DNA of 16,753 bases, from NCBI GenBank assembly GCA_005191425.1, contig SUPR01000075.1, positions 1 to 16,753 of the forward strand, read 5' to 3'. This document shows positions 8,100 to 15,110 of the stretch, one piece after another. A model generated the notes under the pieces. That model was not told where the DNA came from. It did not search any database and saw only the letters and a program-made list of their open reading frames with translations. How positions within the stretch are numbered: the stretch's first letter is position 1; every line of letters starts with the position of its first letter. This stretch comes from Candidatus Helarchaeota ASGARD archaeon Hel_GB_B (lineage in GTDB: Archaea > Asgardarchaeota > Lokiarchaeia > Helarchaeales > HEL-GB-B). The translations under genes were made by a program, and so were the position numbers.

Positions 8100-9719
8100 T
8101 TAATGAGAATAAATATCTTCTTGTTTTTCCAAATCTTTAAATGAATTTACAACGTTGTCCGGATCTCCTATTTTTACTATTTTTCCTTGTTTCATAAGTG
8201 CGCACCGGTCACAGACAGCTGTCATAAAGTCTATGTCATGCGAAATTATAAAATATGTTTGGTGTAAATTTTTCCGAGCTTTTTTTATACTTTGGACTAT
8301 TTCCAACCGTGTCAATGGGTCTGCAGTCCCTGTTGGTTCGTCCAAGACTATTATTCGGGGCTCTTTTATAAAAACTCTAGCAATTGCAACTCTATGTCTT
8401 TCTCCCTCACTAATTTGATCTGGAAATTTATAGATTAGGTTGTCTATTTCTTTATTATTAAAGTTAACTGCTCTTAATGCTTCATATGCCTTTTTTGTTT
8501 TCATTTCTTCAGGCATAGGTGATTCTATAGCACCTATCAAATTGTCTAACACTGTTAAATGAGAAATTAGGCAATATTCTTGGTGGAGGATCTCCATATA
8601 TTTTGTTGCTCGCCCTCGTTCCTCAGGTCCGGGGACGCTCATATCAATCCATTCGTCTCCAATTTTTACAATAATTTTTCCCTTGGTGATCTTTTTCTCA
8701 CCGATCATCATCTGGACTAGTGACGTCTTTCCTGCTCCACTAACTCCAACTAATCCAAATATTTCTCCCTCATTTACATTAAATGAAACATCGTTCACAG
8801 CTCTAACAAGTCCACGGTCGTGCGTATAATATGTTTTCTTACAATTTTCAATTTTAATCAATGGTTTTGTGCAAACTTCTCTCTCAATTTCAATTTCACC
8901 CATTTTTGCCATAAATTCCGCTGCTATATCTTTTGATTTACCGATAGAAACCATTTCACCCATATCTAACAAAATTGCCTGGTCAGAAAGTTCAGCAACA
9001 GCAGCAGGCCAATGACTTGTAATTAATAGTGTTAGACCTTTTTCTTCTACAGATTTTTTCATGACATCATGAACGGTAACCGCTGTAACAGGATCTAAAG
9101 TACCAGATGGTTCATCAGCTATAAAAAGTAATGGGTCTTTAGCTAAACACATTGCAAAAACTGCTCTTTGCTTTTCACCGCCAGACAAATCTCGGGCTAA
9201 ATGCATTGCTCTATGACTAAGTCTAACATCTGACAAAAGCTGTAATGCTCTTTTATTAATGAGTTTATCTGGATAGTTTATATTTTTTAGTATTTTTTGG
9301 ATATTTGTAATTACGGGAAGTTCTCCATAAATACCAAAAGTTCTTTGAAACATAATAGCAATCCTGTTATATAGCGAGAAAGATATTGGAGTTAAATTTT
9401 TTCGTTCCTTCCAGTAGTCAATCTCTCTAAATTCTAATGTGCTTCCGCATTTATCACAGACTTCTCCTGCTTTACTGGGGTATTCTATCCAATTACAATT
9501 TGGACAGACTGCAACATTATAAATTACGCTTCCTGTCAGTGGGGCATGGTCTTTAGTACCCCGAATACAATTCATTAAAACAGATTTTCCTGAACCCGAT
9601 TTGCCTAATATTCCAAATGAAGCACCCTCATTTACTTCAAAATTGATTTGTTTGATGGCGGGTTCTCCTCGTACAAATTCTACTGATAAATCTCGTACTA
9701 TTAAAAACGGTCTGCCCAT
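8100..9719 (-). CDS. atwA: Methyl/alkyl-coenzyme M reductase system component A2 (AtwA-like double ABC ATPase with Zn-binding insert)
   Basis: Two ABC cassettes (GKSGSGKS/LSGGEKQR/IADEPSG and GVSGAGKT/ISEGERHR/VLDEPTG). The first cassette carries the insert YNVAVCPNC.WIEYPS..GEVCDKCG...IDYW, which I recognise as typical of component A2. No TM segments. ATG 9719 is preferred over the ORF-track TTG 9731. Confidence 0.85.
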   Translation of the reverse strand: MGRPFLIVRDLSVEFVRGEPAIKQINFEVNEGASFGILGKSGSGKSVLMNCIRGTKDHAPLTGSVIYNVAVCPNCNWIEYPSKAGEVCDKCGSTLEFREIDYWKERKNLTPISFSLYNRIAIMFQRTFGIYGELPVITNIQKILKNINYPDKLINKRALQLLSDVRLSHRAMHLARDLSGGEKQRAVFAMCLAKDPLLFIADEPSGTLDPVTAVTVHDVMKKSVEEKGLTLLITSHWPAAVAELSDQAILLDMGEMVSIGKSKDIAAEFMAKMGEIEIEREVCTKPLIKIENCKKTYYTHDRGLVRAVNDVSFNVNEGEIFGLVGVSGAGKTSLVQMMIGEKKITKGKIIVKIGDEWIDMSVPGPEERGRATKYMEILHQEYCLISHLTVLDNLIGAIESPMPEEMKTKKAYEALRAVNFNNKEIDNLIYKFPDQISEGERHRVAIARVFIKEPRIIVLDEPTGTADPLTRLEIVQSIKKARKNLHQTYFIISHDIDFMTAVCDRCALMKQGKIVKIGDPDNVVNSFKDLEKQEDIYSH

Positions 9720-9947
9720 ATTATCACACAAACAGATTATATTAAATTATTAATTTAATTTACTAAAAAGTTTTTCTTAAAAAAAATTTGGATATCACTA
9801 AATAAATTATCAATAAAAATATATTGAGTATTTAAGACCTTTTTCGTTTAAAATCTAATATATTAAAAATAAAATGAAAATTTAATTTATCATAATTATT
9901 TTTTGATGTCGAAAACAAATTATATAATATTATAAAATAGATTAATT

Positions 9948-10520
9948 TTATTTCGCACCATTTTTCTTTAATAAATTTACAATATTTTGATGATTAGAAG
10001 TAGATGCAAATTTTAATGCAGTAAAACCTGTTATTGTTTCTGCATATACATCAGCACCATTTTCAATAAGAAGTTTTACAATATCTTTAAACCCTCTCCA
10101 AGCAGCATACATTAAATTTGTCATATTATTTGTACCTTTAAAATTCATATCAGCACCACTTTCAATTGCCAATTTTGCAATTTCAAGCGACCCATTATCA
10201 CATGCGAACATTAATACCGAATCTTTATCATAAAATGATGCACCATTTTCCATTAAAACTTTTGCAGAACTTATATTTCCATTTTTGCATGCATAATCCA
10301 ATGCAGTATAATCTGAATTACTTATTTTATTTAAATCTGCCTTTGAAGCAATTAATATAACTATTATTTCGTCATGCCCTTGATATGCAGCATACATTAA
10401 CGCAGTGTGGCCATCTTCATCGCTATAATTAACATCTGCACCTTCACCTATGGCAAAAATTACTCCTTGAACATCTCCCGCTTTAGAAGCTTCAATTAAT
10501 TTTTCATTAATATTTTGCAT
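9948..10520 (-). CDS. Ankyrin repeat protein (about six repeats including caps)
   Basis: Repeats of [G/D/N]xT[A/N]L.YA...G...I.k.L...GAD.N, e.g. GHTALMYAAYQGH, DYTALDYACKNGN, NMTNLMYAAWRGF, GFTALKFAS. No other domain. Confidence 0.95.
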   Translation of the reverse strand: MQNINEKLIEASKAGDVQGVIFAIGEGADVNYSDEDGHTALMYAAYQGHDEIIVILIASKADLNKISNSDYTALDYACKNGNISSAKVLMENGASFYDKDSVLMFACDNGSLEIAKLAIESGADMNFKGTNNMTNLMYAAWRGFKDIVKLLIENGADVYAETITGFTALKFASTSNHQNIVNLLKKNGAK

Positions 10521-10657
10521 GTTGGCTAGATGGCTATTACTGGTCTAAAAATTTTTTGTAAAATAATTTCCTAATCTTACTATATTATCCACGTAATACT
10601 CAGACTATTATTTCTAACTTTACAAAAAGTAAGACAGGACATTAAAAAAAGTGAATA

Positions 10658-11752
10658 ATGATGTTTTCAATAGTAGATTCAATAATTGATGAGGAACGCA
10701 AGAAAAAAAATACTATAAATAACCCAATTAGCACTTCACAATCGATAAATCTTGAGCTTGAAGAAATTGTGAAACGAAGTCATGCAAGAATAATGATAGC
10801 TGGTGTTGGTGGTGCAGGAAATAATGCAATAACCAGGTTAATGGAATACGGAATTGATGATGCATTAACTCTAGCAATAAATACTGATGCTCAAGATTTG
10901 TTATATACCACATCCCATTATAAACTATTGATTGGAAAAGAGTTAACAAGAGGCCTAGGAGCAGGAAACCACCCACAAACTGGAGAAGCTGCTGCAAGAG
11001 AAAGTATAGAAGAAATTAAAAATCAAATTAAAGATGTGGATCTACTATTTATTACTGCTGGAATGGGCGGAGGTACTGGAACTGGAGCTGCACATGTAGT
11101 TGCAGAGATAGCCCAAGAATTAGGGGTTCTTACTGTATCAACTTGTACTCTACCATTTAATGTTGAAGGCAACAAAAAAAGACAAAATGCAATGTGGGGA
11201 CTAACTAAATTAGCAAATTCTTCTGACACGATTATAGTAATTCCTAATCAAAGACTTATTGAATTAGCACCGGATTTATCACTAGGAGAGGCATTTAGAG
11301 TTGCTGATGAAATTTTAATTCGCGGTGTTAGAGGTATCACTGAATTGATCACAAAACCAGGATTAGTTAATCTCGATTTTGCAGATATAAGGACCATTTT
11401 AAGCAGTAATGGTAAAGCAGGTGGCGAAGCAATTATTGGGCTCGGAGAATCTGATTCAAATAATCGGGCAGAAGTCGCAACTCGAAATGCATTAAATAAC
11501 CCATTACTTGACGTTAATTATATGAATGCAAAAGGTGCATTAGTAAATATTTGCGGCGATTCTAATCTTACCCTTCAAGAGGCTGAAACTGTTATGCGAA
11601 TTCTAACCGAAGAACTTAACCCTGATGTCGAAGTGATCTGGGGAGCTCTAATCAACCCAGACCTCAAAAATAAATTGAGAGTAACTTTAATATTAAGTGG
11701 CATTGATTCAAATAATTTTATTTCTAATGATTTGGAATTTAATCCATTATGA
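10658..11752 (+). CDS. ftsZ: Cell division protein FtsZ, archaeal FtsZ1 type
   Basis: GVGGAGNNA, AINTDAQDL, GLGAG, tubulin signature AGMGGGTGTGA, T7 loop NLDFAD, VIWGA. The N-terminal FSIVDSIIDEE helix and the position upstream of secE-spt5 fit the FtsZ1 clade. Confidence 0.97.
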   Translation: MMFSIVDSIIDEERKKKNTINNPISTSQSINLELEEIVKRSHARIMIAGVGGAGNNAITRLMEYGIDDALTLAINTDAQDLLYTTSHYKLLIGKELTRGLGAGNHPQTGEAAARESIEEIKNQIKDVDLLFITAGMGGGTGTGAAHVVAEIAQELGVLTVSTCTLPFNVEGNKKRQNAMWGLTKLANSSDTIIVIPNQRLIELAPDLSLGEAFRVADEILIRGVRGITELITKPGLVNLDFADIRTILSSNGKAGGEAIIGLGESDSNNRAEVATRNALNNPLLDVNYMNAKGALVNICGDSNLTLQEAETVMRILTEELNPDVEVIWGALINPDLKNKLRVTLILSGIDSNNFISNDLEFNPL

Positions 11753-11760
11753 ACTTAATT

Positions 11761-11800
11761 TCTTCTGAAATTCTTTTTAATTCTTTTTATTTTTTAATTT
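11761..11800 (+). terminator. Possible oligo-T archaeal terminator after ftsZ
   Basis: TTCTTTTTA twice, followed by TTTTTT, starting about 10 nt after the ftsZ stop. Weak evidence given the AT-rich background. Confidence 0.35.
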
Positions 11801-12063
11801 TAAGTCAAATAATTCAAAAAAAATAATTCAATAAATTACACATAAGTTTTTATTTGAGCGAAACGGTTTGTTCTATTATCTAAACTATGAAAAATATTCT
11901 AAATAATCCTTTAATTAAAAAAATTTAAATAACATGAAACTTTTAAATCGTTAATAATCGTCAAAAAATCAATTAATTTTCTAATATTCTTAAAATTTGA
12001 TGGAAACTAATAATTTTCAGAATAATTTTTAAATAAAATAAATAATGTTTGTGATGAATATAA

Positions 12064-12303
12064 ATGGTGAATATTAAGTTATTTTGGCAGAATGCAAAAA
12101 GAACTTTAAAATTAGCCCGTAAGCCAACTCTTAAAGAATTTAGAATGATAGCAAGAATTTGTGCACTTGGAGTTGTAATAATTGGCTTTATTGGTTATGC
12201 AATTCAGATGATATTCCAATTTCTAGTTATTCCATTCTTTACAAGTATGCCTAATCGTAGCCTATTAATTGATATTATAATGTTATTGATTTTATTGATA
12301 TAA
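12064..12303 (+). CDS. secE: Protein translocase subunit SecE / Sec61-gamma
   Basis: AKRTLKLARKPTLKEFRMIARI (amphipathic helix plus KP hinge), then TM ALGVVIIGFIGYAI. Lies between ftsZ and spt5. Confidence 0.93.
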   Translation: MVNIKLFWQNAKRTLKLARKPTLKEFRMIARICALGVVIIGFIGYAIQMIFQFLVIPFFTSMPNRSLLIDIIMLLILLI

Positions 12304-12324
12304 CCGAAGGGCAGTGATATTAAA

Positions 12325-12927
12325 TTGGTCGAAATTAATCTTAAAGAGCGTAAAAAAGAACAAGGGTCTTCTATATATGCAATTCGTACTACTATTGGGC
12401 AAGAAAAACTTGTTGCAAATGCAATACAACTCCGAGTTAAAAATGATAACTTAAAAATTAAAGCACTTTTAGTACCTCAAGTATTAAAAGGTTATTTATT
12501 TGTCGAAGCATTGGAAGCAGCTGTTGTCACTCAAGCTATCCGGGGAATTAAACATGTCCGAGGTTATAATGTCGTTGGTAAAGTCGATATCTCTGAAATT
12601 GAGCACTTCCTAATTCCAGCACCTCCAACAAAAGGATTAAATGTTAATGATATTGTAGAAATAATTTCTGGGCCGTTTAAAGGAGAAAAAGCTAAGATTA
12701 CTCGAATAGATTCTTCTAAAGATGAAGTTATCTTAGAATTGTTTGAAAGCCCTTATCCAATACCGATTAGAGTTCATGCTGATTTTATTAAATTGATCCA
12801 ATCATCATTAGAATCCGAAAAGAAAGAAGAGAAGAAAGTAAGTAAAAAAGAAACTACAGAAAAAAGCGAAGAAAAAGAAGTATCTGAGGAAGGGACTGAG
12901 GAAAAAGAAGTCTTCTTTAAAATATAA
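12325..12927 (+). CDS. spt5: Transcription elongation factor Spt5 (NusG family), NGN plus KOW domains, with charged C-terminal tail
   Basis: IYAIRTTIGQEK, LKGYLFVEA, IRGIKHVRG, KOW DIVEIISGPFKGEKAKI, PIPIRV. TTG start with SD-like AGTGAT at 12313-12318. Confidence 0.95.
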   Translation: MVEINLKERKKEQGSSIYAIRTTIGQEKLVANAIQLRVKNDNLKIKALLVPQVLKGYLFVEALEAAVVTQAIRGIKHVRGYNVVGKVDISEIEHFLIPAPPTKGLNVNDIVEIISGPFKGEKAKITRIDSSKDEVILELFESPYPIPIRVHADFIKLIQSSLESEKKEEKKVSKKETTEKSEEKEVSEEGTEEKEVFFKI

Positions 12928-13023
12928 TATTTCTCCATTTGAAATAATTTCAAAAAGGTTATCAACAATATTATTAAGTATTTTCTAACTTTTTCTTAAA
13001 ATTCAAATTTTATATTTTATTTC

Positions 13024-13545
13024 TTATCCTAAAGGTTCAACAATCAGTCCTGGTGTATCTACCTCTATAAACACTTGGTATTTTGAAGATTGTACACGCT
13101 TAATTTTTTCAGAAGGTGATTTTGACCTGATAATTATCCTTTTAGTAGGAAAATTTGTCAACTTACTAGAACTCTCTATTGAATATTTATATAAATTCTT
13201 GTTCAACATCTCTATTTTTTTCTTTAACTCGAAATTCTCTTTTTCAAGTTTTTTAACTTTTTCATATTGAATGTCTATAGTATTATTAGAAGTATTTTCG
13301 TCTTTTGCTTTAGATTCTAAGTTAGTCGAACCTATCCAATAAATTTTTGTACCATTTTTTTCTCGACTAGTTTTTATACTGTTCGAGGCTTTTAAAATCG
13401 CTATAATATCATATATCCGTCTTCTAGGTATTTCCAATTTTTTTGCAAGTTCAATATTATTAATTCCGTCAGTACCTGCCTTCTGTAATAAACTGATTGC
13501 TTCTTTTGCAATATCAACTAATTTCATTATTAATCTCTTATCCAT
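13024..13545 (-). CDS. E2F/DP-family-like winged-helix DNA-binding protein with leucine-zipper coiled coil and C-terminal beta-rich region
   Basis: ISLLQKA...ELAKKLEIP-RRRIYDIIAILKASNSI...IYWIG resembles the E2F DNA-binding domain as I recall it (VSLLQEA...AADTL..QKRRIYDITNVLEGIGLI...IQWKG). Heptad L100/L107/L114 follows. Family call is from memory, not from a search. Confidence 0.72.
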   Translation of the reverse strand: MDKRLIMKLVDIAKEAISLLQKAGTDGINNIELAKKLEIPRRRIYDIIAILKASNSIKTSREKNGTKIYWIGSTNLESKAKDENTSNNTIDIQYEKVKKLEKENFELKKKIEMLNKNLYKYSIESSSKLTNFPTKRIIIRSKSPSEKIKRVQSSKYQVFIEVDTPGLIVEPLG

Positions 13546-13790
13546 ATTTTTAAAAGAAATTATAGTCTATAATGATATTGTAATTCAAACTTAAAAAAAT
13601 TTATGAAAAAATAACTATATTTTCTTTTAACATTTTATATATTATTTTACAACATATTTTAACAATTATTAAAAATTCATTAAGTACCAACTTTACATCC
13701 TTTAAAAATATTATAATTATAATTTCCCTTTTTTTACAAATCAAAGAGAAAATTAAAATAAAAGTTCCATCTATTTATTAAAGAAAATAA

Positions 13791-14384
13791 ATGAAAATTT
13801 ATAAATTTAAATGCGTAAAATGCGGAAATTGTTGTAGAAATAAAAATCTAATAGTTACTATAACTCATTATGATTTATTAAAAATTTATTACACTTTAAA
13901 GCTTAATTCAATAGATGATTTATTAGATATTGTAGCATTTTACGAAATTGATATTAATGATAAAGAATTATTAAAAAGATTGATTTATCCAGAATTTATT
14001 ATAAATAATAAATATTGTATTCTGGGCCTAAATAAAAATAATGACGGTTCATGTATTTATTTAAAAGACAATAAATGTACTATTTATAAAATAAGACCAA
14101 AAATATGTCGAATTTTTCCATTTAATTTTATTGAAAAATCCAATAATCTACAACCACAAATTAACCCATTAGCAGTCGATATTTGTGAAGGACTTAATAA
14201 AGGAACAGTAGTGAATTTTAGTTTATTTAAAGAAATATATATTAAAATAAATGACGAAATGAAAGAATATAAAAAACTAATATCTTTATGGAATAATTTA
14301 GTAATTAATAAAGTAATTGAACCAAGTCCAAAAGTCTTTCTTAATTTTATTTCGGGAAATATTAATATAAAAGTTGAAAATTAG
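13791..14384 (+). CDS. YkgJ-family (CxxCxxCC) putative Zn/Fe-chelating protein
   Basis: FKCVKCGNCC, CIYLKDNKCTIYKIRPKICRIFPF, terminal CEG. Confidence 0.9.
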   Translation: MKIYKFKCVKCGNCCRNKNLIVTITHYDLLKIYYTLKLNSIDDLLDIVAFYEIDINDKELLKRLIYPEFIINNKYCILGLNKNNDGSCIYLKDNKCTIYKIRPKICRIFPFNFIEKSNNLQPQINPLAVDICEGLNKGTVVNFSLFKEIYIKINDEMKEYKKLISLWNNLVINKVIEPSPKVFLNFISGNINIKVEN

Positions 14385-14496
14385 GATTAGACTGATATGA
14401 TTTTATTTAATTTCATTAAAATCTACATGTTATCCTTTACAAACTCACAAAAAATTTATATTATTAATTAGATTAAAGTAATGTATTCTATTTAAT

Positions 14497-14502
14497 AGGT
14501 GA
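14497..14502 (+). promoter_or_regulatory. Archaeal Shine-Dalgarno site AGGTGA
   Basis: AGGTGA-AATTA-ATG supports ATG 14508 as the start, rather than the ORF-track GTG 14499. Confidence 0.65.
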
Positions 14503-14507
14503 AATTA

Positions 14508-14879
14508 ATGTCATTAGAAGACGAAATTAAAGAATTAGAAGAACAATTGGCTAAAAAAAAGTCTGAAGTAAAGGAACTTGAAGAAAAGTTGGAGCAATTG
14601 CGAGCAAAAACACAAGGGGCCAAACCAAAGACTGTATTAGGTGTCCCTATTAATACTAGCGGAACTGGTACTAAAAAGAAAGTTATTCAACAACGAATCC
14701 CTACAAGTGGTACCTCTCAAATTAAATATAGAGAAACATCTTTTCAATGCCCACAATGTGGTTCCTATTATAATATTGAAATTGATGACAAATCCAGAAT
14801 TTTATATATTGATGGGGCAGGAACAAGAATTTATGGTAAAAAACATAGATGTCTTAATTGTGGGAACGAATTTAGATAA
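14508..14879 (+). CDS. Hypothetical protein: N-terminal coiled coil, low-complexity linker, C-terminal Zn ribbon
   Basis: Heptads LEDEIKELEEQLAKKKSEVKELEEKLEQL; CPQC...CLNC ribbon with a long beta-hairpin insert (IEIDDKSRILY...IYGKKHRC). Confidence 0.85.
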   Translation: MSLEDEIKELEEQLAKKKSEVKELEEKLEQLRAKTQGAKPKTVLGVPINTSGTGTKKKVIQQRIPTSGTSQIKYRETSFQCPQCGSYYNIEIDDKSRILYIDGAGTRIYGKKHRCLNCGNEFR

Positions 14880-15110
14880 CAATAATAATTTTAAAAAAAA
14901 TATTGTAAATATTTTATTAATTTGCACCTTTACATTCTATTATATCTTGTTTTTCTTTTATTTTATAAATTTTAAATATTTTAAATTCAATCTAATTGAT
15001 TCTTATGTATACAAATAAAAAAATAACTATGATAATAATTATTACCCTTTTTAATTATGATATTTGAACTCATTGGTTTTTCTTGTAATTATTAAATGAA
15101 AAAAAGCCTA

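Noticed and set aside
7296-8418. ORFs 7296-7478 (+), 7896-8081 (-) and 8155-8418 (+)
   Set aside because: The first and third are antisense to the GTPase and atwA. The second has a composition typical of AT-rich noncoding DNA and no SD or motif, so it was not called as a CDS.
10166-11229. ORFs 10166-10360 (+), 10728-10997 (-) and 11023-11229 (-)
   Set aside because: Antisense shadows of the ankyrin and ftsZ genes.
781-11752. Selenocysteine recoding at TGA stops (fibrillarin, 530-aa oxidase, radical SAM, ftsZ)
   Set aside because: The proteins are complete at these stops, the downstream sequence is another gene or AT-rich spacer, and no SECIS-like hairpin was seen.
11856-11863. GAGCGAAA between ftsZ and secE, one mismatch from the eukaryotic E2F site GCGCGAAA
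   Set aside because: A single imperfect 8-mer. I found no exact TTTSSCGC site in any intergenic region, so it is not supportable without binding data.
12774-12968. ORF 12774-12968 (-), Ser/Phe-rich
   Set aside because: Its composition is simply the reverse complement of the purine-rich Spt5 tail.
13791-14384. Calling the YkgJ protein a flagellin methylase (FliB), or linking it to the divergent E2F-like gene
   Set aside because: The CxxCxxCC family is widespread and functionally unresolved, and nothing in the sequence supports either link.
14508-14879. Zn-ribbon protein near lysJ/lysY as the LysW carrier
   Set aside because: It is too long, has a coiled coil, lies on the opposite strand and ends in NEFR rather than the required EDWGE.
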